Below, one piece after another: positions 19,474-28,877 of a stretch of 64,000 bases of DNA. Under the pieces are notes generated by a model. It was not told where the DNA came from. It ran no database searches and saw only the letters and a list, made by a program, of their open reading frames with translations. Position numbers and translations under genes: made by a program. The stretch's first letter is position 1. The number at the start of each line of letters is the position of its first letter. This stretch comes from an uncultured Candidatus Saccharibacteria bacterium. Lineage in GTDB: Bacteria > Patescibacteriota > Minisyncoccia > Phycocordibacterales > Zambryskibacteraceae. The stretch is from positions 169,218 to 233,217 of the forward strand of contig CAYGIH010000001.1 of NCBI GenBank assembly GCA_964349945.1, read 5' to 3'.

Positions 19474-19905
19474 TTAGCGATCATGTTCACGCTCCCACCT
19501 GTCCATCCAACCCTCACGTGGGCTAGGAGAGACCGTGCGCTCACCAGAAGTTGCTACTTGAGGTTTATCTTCCACGAATACTTCGTGTGAATGTTCATCC
19601 TCACGAGCACGACGTTTTCTCTCGGCACTCTCTTCGCTTCGTTGAATCATGACCTTGAGGTCATAATCAATGAATTTTTCTCTCAAATTTGCGATAGCAT
19701 TGGGCAACATACCCGTCTGCATACGCAGTTCTTCGAGCACGAAGTCGAGAGCCTTACTGAGATCAAGGCGCCTTTCCTTCGCTATTCTTCGCATGTCTTC
19801 TGCAATACCATCAAGCTGAGGGTTTGGTTCTACCCGAGTGACCATTTCCTCCTCCCTTGGTTCTTGCTCAAACACATCGAGCTGGTCTGGATTTGATAAT
19901 ACCAT
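19474..19905 (-). CDS. hypothetical acidic protein of 143 aa
   Basis: An ORF with a downstream terminator. No motif recognised. Confidence 0.4.
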   Translation of the reverse strand: MVLSNPDQLDVFEQEPREEEMVTRVEPNPQLDGIAEDMRRIAKERRLDLSKALDFVLEELRMQTGMLPNAIANLREKFIDYDLKVMIQRSEESAERKRRAREDEHSHEVFVEDKPQVATSGERTVSPSPREGWMDRWEREHDR

Positions 19906-19928
19906 ACTAATTAGTTAGTTTGTCAATA

Positions 19929-20378
19929 TTAAACAAATAATTCATCTATAACCTTTTTAACTAATGCACCATCAGCCTTACCCTTAAGCTCCTTCATAAT
20001 ACCTCCCATAAACTGATTCTTGGCAGTTGGTTCTGGATTTAATTCTACTTTTTTTACAGATACATAATTCTGTATTTCTTCTTCTGACATTTGAGTGGGG
20101 AGCATTTGCATGAGAACTGCGAGTTCTGCTTTTTCTGCTTCTGCGAGATCTTGTCTGTTTCCTTTCTCAAATTGCTCTATAGAATCCTTGCGTTGTTTAA
20201 CTTGTCGCCCGATTATCTGGAGAGCATCTTCATCAGAAAGAATTTCATCTGGCTTTCGTTTCTTGGCTACTAGTTCATTAGTAAAGGCAGTAACTAGACC
20301 TCTGAGCACTCCTAATTTAACTGTATCTTTGGCTAGCATGGCGACCTTTATTTGGTCTCTTATATCTGTTTGTATCAT
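19929..20378 (-). CDS. GatB/YqeY-domain protein
   Basis: Length and sequence are typical of the YqeY family (IKVAMLAKDTVKLGVLRGL...). Confidence 0.75.
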   Translation of the reverse strand: MIQTDIRDQIKVAMLAKDTVKLGVLRGLVTAFTNELVAKKRKPDEILSDEDALQIIGRQVKQRKDSIEQFEKGNRQDLAEAEKAELAVLMQMLPTQMSEEEIQNYVSVKKVELNPEPTAKNQFMGGIMKELKGKADGALVKKVIDELFV

Positions 20379-20482
20379 GGGTTTATGATAGCATATTGGA
20401 TATGTCTATAGCAGTTCTCACGGTCATAGTGCTCTGCGTTGCTGCATATTTTTGGTTAAAGTAAATCTGATATAATGCTTCT

Positions 20483-21550
20483 ATGTCAGCAACACTAATC
20501 GCTCTAATAATACTTATTGGGCTAGTACTTTTTTTGATTTGGAAGATGGGTCAAAAGCCAGAAGATACTGATAACAAAAGCCTCAGTCTTCTCCTCCAAC
20601 AGATGGATAATCTTTCTCGTTCTGTAGACAGCAAGTTAGGGAAAGGGCAAGAAACAATGTCAGATTTTATGAATACTCAATCAGATCAAGCTCAGAGATT
20701 AATGAGTACTATTACTAAACAAATTTCGGATCAACTAATAGAAGTTGTTAAAGGAGTTAGTGAGACCAAGGAATCAACAAAACAAGTTTTTACAATAGCC
20801 GAGCAATTAAATAATTTGGAAAAAGTTCTAAAGAACCAGAAGCAACGTGGTAATTTGGGGGAAGCATCCCTTGAGTTGGTGATGAGTAATATTTTGCCTC
20901 CCACAGCATATAAAATGCAATTTGATTTTCCAAACGGTGATACGGTCGATGCCATTATTATGACTAAAGAAGGTTTTATCCCGGTTGATGCCAAGTTTCC
21001 ATTAGAAAATTACACTCGTCTACATAATGAAAAAGATGACGTAAGAAGAGAAGAATTTGAAGAAGCTTTTAAGAAAGATTTAAAGAAACGGATTGACGAA
21101 ACTTCTAAATATATTCGTCCAAAGGACGGGACACTTCCATTTGCTTTTATGTATATTCCCGCAGAAAGTATATATTACGATTTATTGAATGATGGTGTTG
21201 GAGCAGTAAATACACGTAATCTAATTGAATATGCTCAAAACGATCGAAAGGTTATTATTGTTTCTCCAACAACTTTTGCTGCTTACTTACAATCAGTTTT
21301 ATATGGTTTTAAGGCTTTCAAAATTGAAGAACAAGCGAAAGATATTGCTAAAAACGTGGAAGCTCTTGGGCGTCACATAAAAGCCTATGATGATTTTTAC
21401 AAAAAACTAGGTAATTCCTTATCAACTACGGTTAATCATTATATGGCTGGAGGTAAAGAGTTAGTAAAAATTGATAGAGATGTTTTAAAGATTACTGGGG
21501 AAGCCCCAGGAATAGAAGTTCTTTCAATTGACAAGCCTAATATCGAATAG
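20483..21550 (+). CDS. rmuC: DNA recombination protein RmuC
   Basis: An N-terminal TM, a coiled-coil and a C-terminal RmuC nuclease-like region (IIVSPTTFAAYLQSV). Confidence 0.8.
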   Translation: MSATLIALIILIGLVLFLIWKMGQKPEDTDNKSLSLLLQQMDNLSRSVDSKLGKGQETMSDFMNTQSDQAQRLMSTITKQISDQLIEVVKGVSETKESTKQVFTIAEQLNNLEKVLKNQKQRGNLGEASLELVMSNILPPTAYKMQFDFPNGDTVDAIIMTKEGFIPVDAKFPLENYTRLHNEKDDVRREEFEEAFKKDLKKRIDETSKYIRPKDGTLPFAFMYIPAESIYYDLLNDGVGAVNTRNLIEYAQNDRKVIIVSPTTFAAYLQSVLYGFKAFKIEEQAKDIAKNVEALGRHIKAYDDFYKKLGNSLSTTVNHYMAGGKELVKIDRDVLKITGEAPGIEVLSIDKPNIE

Positions 21551-21592
21551 TATTTTGAAAGCAGAAGGGTAACCATTTTCAGTGAGGGTCAC

Positions 21593-21811
21593 TTGTATAC
21601 GTACCAAAAACTCAACAGACTGGCGTTGGTACTCGGCATTATTTCACTGGTGTTGACTTGGGCTGGACACCACTACGCTCTGTTTAGCTCACTGCTCTAC
21701 GTTCTTATTGTTGTTCAATTAGCTGGGGGGACGCTTGGTTGTGCCCTCATGGCCCATGACATGAAGAAAGAGTTCGAGAAGATTCCTGGATGGAAGCCAC
21801 CGACCAAGTAG
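21593..21811 (+). CDS. small membrane protein of 72 aa in a GC-richer patch
   Basis: Two hydrophobic helices, followed by a terminator. Confidence 0.4.
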   Translation: MYTYQKLNRLALVLGIISLVLTWAGHHYALFSSLLYVLIVVQLAGGTLGCALMAHDMKKEFEKIPGWKPPTK

Positions 21812-21823
21812 TCGGTGTTTTTT
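21797..21823 (+). terminator. intrinsic terminator overlapping the stop codon
   Basis: CCACCGAC-caagta-GTCGGTG followed by TTTTTT. Confidence 0.5.
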
Positions 21824-21863
21824 CTTGCAAAATTATGAACTTTAGGTAGAATATACACCCTAT

Positions 21864-22277
21864 ATGGCTGAAGCAAAAACAACTAAACCAAAGGCAACAA
21901 AAGCAGCCCCTAAGGCAGCTCCAAAGGCCCCAAAAGCCCCTAAAACAGCATCTAATGCTGACTTCGCAGTATTCGCCACCGGAGGTAAACAATACCGTGT
22001 TTCTGTGGGTGATTCAGTAAAAATTGAGAAGATAATTGGTGAATACAAAGAAGGGGATAAACTTACTTTCAATGATGTCCTTCTTGTAGATAATGGTTCT
22101 ACAGAAGCTACAATCGGCACCCCGTTTATTACTGGTGCAAGTGTTAATGCTACTCTAAAAAAAATTGGACGTTATCCAACCATTGATGTCATCAAGTTCA
22201 AACAGAAGTCTCGATACTTTAAGAAAAACGGTCACCGCCAGCCATATTTTGAGGTTACTATTGATTCAATAAAATAA
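21864..22277 (+). CDS. rplU: 50S ribosomal protein L21 with a Lys/Ala-rich N-terminal extension
   Basis: FAVFATGGKQYRVSVGDSVKIEK...NGHRQPYFEV matches L21. Confidence 0.8.
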   Translation: MAEAKTTKPKATKAAPKAAPKAPKAPKTASNADFAVFATGGKQYRVSVGDSVKIEKIIGEYKEGDKLTFNDVLLVDNGSTEATIGTPFITGASVNATLKKIGRYPTIDVIKFKQKSRYFKKNGHRQPYFEVTIDSIK

Positions 22278-22332
22278 AAATACAAAATAAAATTGCGAGC
22301 TAAATCACTCTCGAAATTTTATTTTGTATTTT
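22277..22332. terminator. bidirectional terminator between the convergent rplU and recR
   Basis: An 18-bp inverted repeat, AAAATACAAAATAAAATT ... AATTTTATTTTGTATTTT, around a GC core. Confidence 0.5.
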
Positions 22333-22336
22333 TATT

Positions 22337-22942
22337 TTACTTAGTGCGGTGTAAAAAGGCGTTTTTGAGGGTGTCTGGGTCTGCGTATTCGAGTTCAGCG
22401 CCAGTGGAAAGGCCGCGACCGAGCATGGTGATAGAGAACGGTGATTCTCTGTAAATATCTTTGATGAAGTCTGCAGTGTTTTCTCCTTCAGCGTTCGCAT
22501 TCATGGCAAGTATGATTTCTTTTAGAGTTTTCTTTTTATTTTCAATACACTTTTTTAATTCATTTATTTTGATTCTCTTTTCTGGTTCTTTCTCAAGGAT
22601 AGGAAGTGAACCACCTAAAACAAAATAGTAGCCTTTATAACTTCCACTTCGTTCAATTGCTTCTAGGTCTATATCTCGAGGAACAATCATAAGCATTGAA
22701 TGGTCTCTTGTATCGTTCTCACATATAGAACAGAGATGTGAACTTGAACCATTCTTCGCATAAAACCTGTGACATTCACCACATTGAATAATTTCTTTTT
22801 TAATATCTTGAATAGAACGAATCAAATCATCCGTATAACCATTGTTTCTAGATAATAAAAAATATACAAACCTTTTGGCTTGTCTTGGTCCAATGCCTGG
22901 GAACTTCCCGAATATTTCAGCTAGTCGATCAATAGAATTCAT
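22337..22942 (-). CDS. recR: recombination protein RecR
   Basis: An HhH N-terminus (MNSIDRLAEIFGKFPGIGPRQAKR), a C4 zinc finger (CGECHRF...CSIC) and a Toprim domain. The start is taken at the inner Met, which abuts the dnaB stop. Confidence 0.85.
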   Translation of the reverse strand: MNSIDRLAEIFGKFPGIGPRQAKRFVYFLLSRNNGYTDDLIRSIQDIKKEIIQCGECHRFYAKNGSSSHLCSICENDTRDHSMLMIVPRDIDLEAIERSGSYKGYYFVLGGSLPILEKEPEKRIKINELKKCIENKKKTLKEIILAMNANAEGENTADFIKDIYRESPFSITMLGRGLSTGAELEYADPDTLKNAFLHRTK

Positions 22943-22943
22943 T

Positions 22944-24374
22944 TTAGAAATTTTTAAACTCTTCGTCTGCCTTGCCGTAATTTGAATAATCAATTTCAAC
23001 AAACATGCCTTTGCGTGCATGGAAGTCCAAGTTCACCTCTCCAAGCGGGCCATTTCTGTGCTTGGCTATGATGATTTGTTTGCGCTGTACTTCTTTTGTT
23101 TTACCACTCTCATCTCTTATATCTTCATTTTCTGCATGAATAAACATCACCAAGTCCGCATCCTGTTCAATAGAACCAGAGTCTCTTAGGTCTGAAAGTT
23201 TTGGTTTACCACCTCTGGTCTCAACCGCACGAGAAAGCTGTGAGAGAGCTATGACAGGGATATCTAGTTCACGAGCGAGGTGTTTGAGTGAGCGAGAAAT
23301 TTCAGTCACTTGTTGAACCATTGAATCAGACTGTTTGGTGGTTGTTGGAGCCATGAGTTGAAGATAGTCAACTATTAGCAGTTTCAATCCCTTCTCGATT
23401 TTGAGTTTTCTGGCTGCAGATCGCATTTTGAGGATAGTGTTGCCGGCTTGGTCATCAATATAAATAGGAGTACGAGAGAGGTCATCGAGGGCATCACGAA
23501 TATTCTTGAAAGTATCTTCTCTCCAGGTACCATGCTGGGTTCTCACACCCTTTCTTATAACTGATTGGTCAGTACCAGATTGGGCAGAAACAATTCTATC
23601 TACAAGCTGGTCAGCGCTCATTTCAAGAGAGAAAATACCAACCGGAGTTCCATACTGGCTGGCTGTTCTGCGGGCAATATCAAGAGCCAAAGCAGTTTTA
23701 CCAACCGATGGCCGAGCAGCGAGAATAATAAGATCTGATTTTTGAAATCCACCAAGGATATCATCAAGAGCCTTGAATCCAGTAGGTACTCCACGAAGTT
23801 CGTGTTCAGCACTAGAAAGTTTTTCGAATCTTTCATATGCTTCCCCAAGCAAAGGAACTAATTCCTTAAACTTTCCTCCACCAGTAAAGTGTTGAGTAAT
23901 ATCAAAAACTCTTTTTTCTGCATGGTCGAGTATTTCTTCAAGTTCACCCGCCTCATTAAATCCAAGATGAGAGAGAAACTCTGATGCTTCAATCAATTCT
24001 CGCATCATAAATTTTTTCATCACTATTTCTGCATAGTGCTTCACATTGGCAGAAGAGGGGACCATAGAAGTTAATTCTGTAAGGAAAGTATTTCCTCCTA
24101 TTCTATCCAAGAGATCCTTTTCTTTTAGCTTTGTAGATAGGGATAGAAAATCTATTGGTTCATGCTTACTAAATAATTCAAGCATGTTCTCAAACACAAT
24201 ACGATTCTTCTCAAAGTAAAATGAACGGGGTGTGACTATATCCATGATTTCATATATAGAATCAGGGCGAAGCATAATAGAACCAAGAAGAGCCATTTCT
24301 GCTTCAAGGGATTGTGGAGGAATGCGAAGTTTGAGTTTGTCCACTTCGGAAATTTTCGTATAAGCCATGCCCAT
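22944..24374 (-). CDS. dnaB: replicative DNA helicase DnaB
   Basis: An N-terminal DnaB domain and RecA-like Walker A (ARPSVGKTALALDIA). Confidence 0.9.
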   Translation of the reverse strand: MGMAYTKISEVDKLKLRIPPQSLEAEMALLGSIMLRPDSIYEIMDIVTPRSFYFEKNRIVFENMLELFSKHEPIDFLSLSTKLKEKDLLDRIGGNTFLTELTSMVPSSANVKHYAEIVMKKFMMRELIEASEFLSHLGFNEAGELEEILDHAEKRVFDITQHFTGGGKFKELVPLLGEAYERFEKLSSAEHELRGVPTGFKALDDILGGFQKSDLIILAARPSVGKTALALDIARRTASQYGTPVGIFSLEMSADQLVDRIVSAQSGTDQSVIRKGVRTQHGTWREDTFKNIRDALDDLSRTPIYIDDQAGNTILKMRSAARKLKIEKGLKLLIVDYLQLMAPTTTKQSDSMVQQVTEISRSLKHLARELDIPVIALSQLSRAVETRGGKPKLSDLRDSGSIEQDADLVMFIHAENEDIRDESGKTKEVQRKQIIIAKHRNGPLGEVNLDFHARKGMFVEIDYSNYGKADEEFKNF

Positions 24375-24448
24375 ATGCTATCAGTGCAACGGATAAGAGC
24401 AAACTAGTAGAAGTTAAAAACTACTGTATAAGTTGGGGATAGTATTTC

Positions 24449-25792
24449 CTAAGCTTTTTCCAAAATTTGTCCAGAGTCTGTATCCTTAATTATGTAGCCT
24501 TTTGACTCGATTTTTAGCCTTAATTCGTCTGATTTTTCAAAGTCTCTCTTATTCCTAGCCTCAACTCTTTCCTTCATCAGAGCGAGAATATCCTCAGGTA
24601 TTACCTCTACTCCAAACTCGTTGTATTCGAAGTTTAAACCTAAAACTTGATCAAAATCCAACAAAGTGGCGCGTTTATCCTGGGGTAAGATATTTTCATC
24701 TTTCACTAGTTTCCATACTATAGCCAGTGCTTCTGGGGTGTTTAAGTCATTTGAAAGCACTTCTATAAATTCCTTTTTATAATTTTGTTCTGTGCTTCCA
24801 CCAAGAGGCAAGGTAGAAAAGAATTCTTTTAATTTTCTATAAGCATTTTGAGAGGCTTCTAGTGATTCTTTGGAAAAATTCATAAGAGAACGATAGTGAG
24901 ATCCAATGAAAAAGAATCTAAGAGCATATGGTGAGACTCCACTTGATATAGTTTCTCTGATGGTTTGGAAGTTACCTAAACTTTTAGACATCTTTTCTGA
25001 ATTTGTATTAAGAAATCCTGTGTGGAGCCAATATTTCACGAAAGGCTTTTTCCCTGAGACAGATTCCATTTGAGCAATTTCTGCTTCATGATGAGGAAAT
25101 ATCAAATCAATAGCACCTCCATGCAAATCGTATTGTGGTCCAAATTCCTGCTCGGTTATGGCAGTATCTTCTATGTGCCACCCCGGTCTACCATCACCTA
25201 ATTCTGTTGACCAGAATGGTTCACCCTCTTTCTTAAATTTCCAAAGACAAAAATCACTATAATTAATTTTCTCTGGATTATCATCTATCCTTGAAACAGC
25301 GTCGTTTTCTTCGAATGTAGAACGTCCAGACAATTTGCCATAGTCATCAAATTTTTTAGTATTAAAGTAATATCCATCTGAAATCTTATAAGCAATTTCT
25401 TTGTCTACTAATCTCTTAACCTGGCTGACGATGTTGTCTATATAATCATGAGCTCGGGCGTACTTGGTCACATTTGTGTTACCAAGTGTTGTCATATCTT
25501 CTATATAATATTTCTCATATTCGCTTGCGAGTTCTTCTGGTTTAATACCTTTCTCTTTGGCACGTTTAATAATTTTGTCATCTATATCAGTTATGTTTTG
25601 TAAATAGTTCACATTAAAGCCTGAATATTTAAAGAAGCGTGCAAGGATATCAAATTGAGTATAGGTTTTAGCATGTCCAAGATGAGAATAGTCAAAAACA
25701 GTTGGACCGCAGACAAACATTCTTACCGTTTTGTTGTCTGACGGATTAAAATCTTCAATTTTTCTTCCTAAAGTATTAAAAAGACGAATCAT
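24449..25792 (-). CDS. cysS: cysteinyl-tRNA synthetase
   Basis: HLGHAKTY (HIGH) and KMSKSLGN. The start is probably the inner Met (MIRLFNTLGRK), which abuts the upstream gene. Confidence 0.9.
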   Translation of the reverse strand: MIRLFNTLGRKIEDFNPSDNKTVRMFVCGPTVFDYSHLGHAKTYTQFDILARFFKYSGFNVNYLQNITDIDDKIIKRAKEKGIKPEELASEYEKYYIEDMTTLGNTNVTKYARAHDYIDNIVSQVKRLVDKEIAYKISDGYYFNTKKFDDYGKLSGRSTFEENDAVSRIDDNPEKINYSDFCLWKFKKEGEPFWSTELGDGRPGWHIEDTAITEQEFGPQYDLHGGAIDLIFPHHEAEIAQMESVSGKKPFVKYWLHTGFLNTNSEKMSKSLGNFQTIRETISSGVSPYALRFFFIGSHYRSLMNFSKESLEASQNAYRKLKEFFSTLPLGGSTEQNYKKEFIEVLSNDLNTPEALAIVWKLVKDENILPQDKRATLLDFDQVLGLNFEYNEFGVEVIPEDILALMKERVEARNKRDFEKSDELRLKIESKGYIIKDTDSGQILEKA

Positions 25793-26673
25793 TTCGGTGC
25801 GATGGCAAGATAACCAAGCCATACGAGGGCAAGGCCTACCATAATACTGGTGACTAGATTAAGTATTGTGACTAATTTCATCAAACTATTGTCTTTTATT
25901 CGAAGTAGGGAATTATTAGTTTCTCTGAGTTCTTCTACTGACTCAGTAAGACTGTGAACAGCCAAATCAATTTTTTTATATTCTTCTGTTACTCCTGAAA
26001 GTGAAAATTGAAACTCGTCTCCAAATAATTTCTCTGCACTTTTTTCTAGTGTCTTAAAGGCTTCGTTGTAGGGGAGGGAAACTTTTTTAAAATCCAAAAG
26101 GTGTCTGGATACTTGAGATAATGAAAAAACCATTTTCTTCTCATTACCCTTAAAAATTTGAGATTCAATTTCTTTTATCCAATCACCTATATCCGAGAGT
26201 TGTCCTAATATGCTTTTGGAAAGCTCTCTAAGGATCCCAAAGAATACAACATCTCTGGGATCTCCGGGTGCGTGTTTCTCAAGAATTGAATTTACCTCAA
26301 GTCTTTTTGCAAAGGTATCTATAGCATCTATTTGCTCATATCTTGTTGTTATTACAAAATCTTTTCCCACAATAAAATCGACCTCTTGGTTCTCTCGAAG
26401 TTTGGTGGATTTGTTTAAGGAAGGGAAGTGAAGGGCAAGAAAGACATAATTGCGTCTTGATTCAATATGATGCTTGGATGAAGGTAAAATAAGTTCTCTG
26501 GCCACCAGTGGATCTATGTTGTATTCTCTAACTACTTCGTCTATCTCTTCTTTTGTAGGTAAAACGAGATCTACCCAAGTTGATGTTTTATATTTAAATA
26601 CACTTTTCATATAAAAAGTATAACATGCTAGGAGTATCCAGTTTACACAGTTTGTAAGGAATGAGATAATCAA
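25789..26673 (-). CDS. divergent CorA-like protein in which no GMN motif is visible
   Basis: The N-terminal region resembles the CorA cytoplasmic domain (WVDLVLPTKEEIDEV..., HHIESRRNYVF). There is a single long C-terminal hydrophobic stretch. Confidence 0.4.
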   Translation of the reverse strand: MIISFLTNCVNWILLACYTFYMKSVFKYKTSTWVDLVLPTKEEIDEVVREYNIDPLVARELILPSSKHHIESRRNYVFLALHFPSLNKSTKLRENQEVDFIVGKDFVITTRYEQIDAIDTFAKRLEVNSILEKHAPGDPRDVVFFGILRELSKSILGQLSDIGDWIKEIESQIFKGNEKKMVFSLSQVSRHLLDFKKVSLPYNEAFKTLEKSAEKLFGDEFQFSLSGVTEEYKKIDLAVHSLTESVEELRETNNSLLRIKDNSLMKLVTILNLVTSIMVGLALVWLGYLAIAPK

Positions 26674-26679
26674 TATTCA

Positions 26680-27906
26680 ATGGATTCAAATTTAAAGCGT
26701 AGCCCAAAAATATTTCTAGCTTTCATTCTAGGAGCATTAATTTTTGCTTGGGGGTATCACGATGGGAAAAATTCAGTAGTCTCATCAAACTCTTCGCCGT
26801 CTGTGGCTAATATGAATGATGGTAAGCCAGTAACAGTTGATTTTGCTCCATATTGGAAGGCGTGGAATATTTTAAATGATAAATATGTCTCAACTGCAAC
26901 TTCGAGTAAAGATGTGACTGATCAAGAAAAGGTGTGGGGCTCTATTCAAGGTCTGGCTTCCTCACTTGGTGATCCGTATACAGTTTTCTTCCCCCCTGTT
27001 CAATCAGAGCAATTTGCCCAAGATATTAGGGGGAACTTTGAGGGTGTAGGTATGGAAGTTGTGGCTAAAGATGGTGCACTTGTGGTTATTGCACCGCTTA
27101 AAGGCAGTCCAGCTGAACGAGCGGGCCTTCTCCCTGGTGATAGGATTCTCAAGATTGATGATAAGGAGACTGTCGGTTTAATAACAGAAGATGCGGTGAA
27201 ATTAATTCGTGGCCCGAGGGGAACTGTTGTAAATTTTAGTGTTGCTCGTGCTGGTCGTAAACAAGCCCTGGAAATAAAGGTTACAAGGGAAGTTATTGAT
27301 ATCCCCACCATTGCAACTAAGAATTTGGACGGAGGAATATTTAAAATTGATTTGTACAGTTTCACCGCTGCTTCTCCTAACTTGTTTAGAGGAGCACTTC
27401 GAGAATTCGTTGAGTCAGGTAGTGATAAACTAATACTGGATTTGAGAGGAAATCCTGGAGGATATTTGGAGGCTGCCATAGATATGGCCAGCTGGTTCCT
27501 TCCATCAGGCAAGGTTGTGGTCAGAGAGAGTTTTGGAGACGCAAAGGAAGAAACTGTTTATAGGTCTAAGGGCTATGATGTTTTTCCGGATAATTTGAAA
27601 TTTGTCATTTTAGTTGATGAAGGTTCAGCTTCAGCTTCAGAAATTCTCGCAGGAGCATTATCTGAACACCATAAAGCTATTTTGGTTGGAGAAAAAACTT
27701 TCGGTAAGGGTTCTGTACAGGAATTGGTTGATATTACGCCAAAGACTTCACTTAAAGTGACTATTGCCAGATGGTTTACACCAGAGGGTGTTTCTATATC
27801 TAAGCAGGGAATTACTCCAGAATATGTAGTGAAGCGAACGGAGGAGGATATGAAGGCGAACAAGGATCTCCAACTCAATAAAGCCATAGAGATACTAAAT
27901 AAGTAA
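26680..27906 (+). CDS. ctpA: carboxy-terminal processing peptidase (S41, CtpA/Prc family)
   Basis: A PDZ domain (GSPAERAGLLPGDRILKIDD) and S41 catalytic motifs (LDLRGNPGG ... FGKGSVQ). Confidence 0.8.
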   Translation: MDSNLKRSPKIFLAFILGALIFAWGYHDGKNSVVSSNSSPSVANMNDGKPVTVDFAPYWKAWNILNDKYVSTATSSKDVTDQEKVWGSIQGLASSLGDPYTVFFPPVQSEQFAQDIRGNFEGVGMEVVAKDGALVVIAPLKGSPAERAGLLPGDRILKIDDKETVGLITEDAVKLIRGPRGTVVNFSVARAGRKQALEIKVTREVIDIPTIATKNLDGGIFKIDLYSFTAASPNLFRGALREFVESGSDKLILDLRGNPGGYLEAAIDMASWFLPSGKVVVRESFGDAKEETVYRSKGYDVFPDNLKFVILVDEGSASASEILAGALSEHHKAILVGEKTFGKGSVQELVDITPKTSLKVTIARWFTPEGVSISKQGITPEYVVKRTEEDMKANKDLQLNKAIEILNK

Positions 27907-27925
27907 TTTGTGCTAATTTAATGGT

Positions 27926-28384
27926 ATGAAAGTCATCCTTCTAAAGGATATAAAAGGGGTGGGTAGGAAATACGAAGAGAAGAATGTGTCCGATGGACAT
28001 GCATTAAATTTTCTAATACCAAATAAAATGGCAGTTAGTGTCAGTGCCAATTCTGCAGAACAAATAAAACAACTCAAAGCACGAGAGGAGCAAAAGAAAG
28101 CAGGTCACAGCAAAAGGCTTCAAGAGAATTTGTTCAAACTTAAGGATTTGGAACTAGTGATTAAAACTAATGCGAATGAAAAGAATCATCTCTTTGCTTC
28201 ACTCACTAAAGAAAAAATTTCTCAATATTTATTAAAGGACAAAGGTATAGAAATTCCAGCGGAATACATCATTCTTGAAAATCCAATAAAAGAAATCGGC
28301 ACATATTCTGTACCGGTTTCAGTTGATTCTATTAAACACGAGTTTGTTATGCAGGTAGAACGTGGACAATCTTCTTCAAAATAA
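27926..28384 (+). CDS. rplI: 50S ribosomal protein L9
   Basis: [32 protein letters not shown]. Confidence 0.8.
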   Translation: MKVILLKDIKGVGRKYEEKNVSDGHALNFLIPNKMAVSVSANSAEQIKQLKAREEQKKAGHSKRLQENLFKLKDLELVIKTNANEKNHLFASLTKEKISQYLLKDKGIEIPAEYIILENPIKEIGTYSVPVSVDSIKHEFVMQVERGQSSSK

Positions 28385-28625
28385 CTTTATTATCAAAGTG
28401 CATTTTGCGTTTGTAGCCAAGCTTTACTTCTCCGGCTTTGAGAGCGAATAAAGTGTGATCTTTACCCATCCCTACATTTCTCCCTGGGAGAACATCTGTG
28501 CCTCTCTGACGGATGATAACTGAGCCAACCTTGGCAAATGAGCCAGGTGAAAGCTTTACTCCAAGGTATTTTGGATTTGAATCTCGGCCGTTTTTTGTTG
28601 TTCCTGCGGACTTTTTATGTGCCAT
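28347..28625 (-). CDS. rpmA: 50S ribosomal protein L27
   Basis: [24 protein letters not shown]...RQRGT...[10 protein letters not shown]. Confidence 0.85.
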   Translation of the reverse strand: MAHKKSAGTTKNGRDSNPKYLGVKLSPGSFAKVGSVIIRQRGTDVLPGRNVGMGKDHTLFALKAGEVKLGYKRKMHFDNKVILKKIVHVLPA

Positions 28626-28646
28626 TTGGTTGTATAATTAGCGTGT

Positions 28647-28853
28647 ATGAGTATACCTAATCCCCAAGGCGAAATCAACCCCCTTAAAGTAGAAATTGTA
28701 TCTTACACTGAAGATGGTCATATAGAGCAAAAAACAGGCTTTAAATGGTTGTATTGGGCAATGGGGATAGTTCTTTCAGTAGCATTAATATTTGGAATCT
28801 ATGTATTGGCCAACATAAAAACACCCAATGTCACTATAGAGATGACGAAGTGA
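28647..28853 (+). CDS. small single-TM protein of 68 aa
   Basis: The ORF has one hydrophobic helix. Confidence 0.3.
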   Translation: MSIPNPQGEINPLKVEIVSYTEDGHIEQKTGFKWLYWAMGIVLSVALIFGIYVLANIKTPNVTIEMTK

Positions 28854-28877
28854 GCTTTTCATGCGAAAATAGAATAA

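Noticed and set aside
25789-26673. Calling this a bona fide CorA Mg2+ channel
   Set aside because: No GMN motif is present and only one C-terminal hydrophobic stretch is seen. It is kept as CorA-like only.
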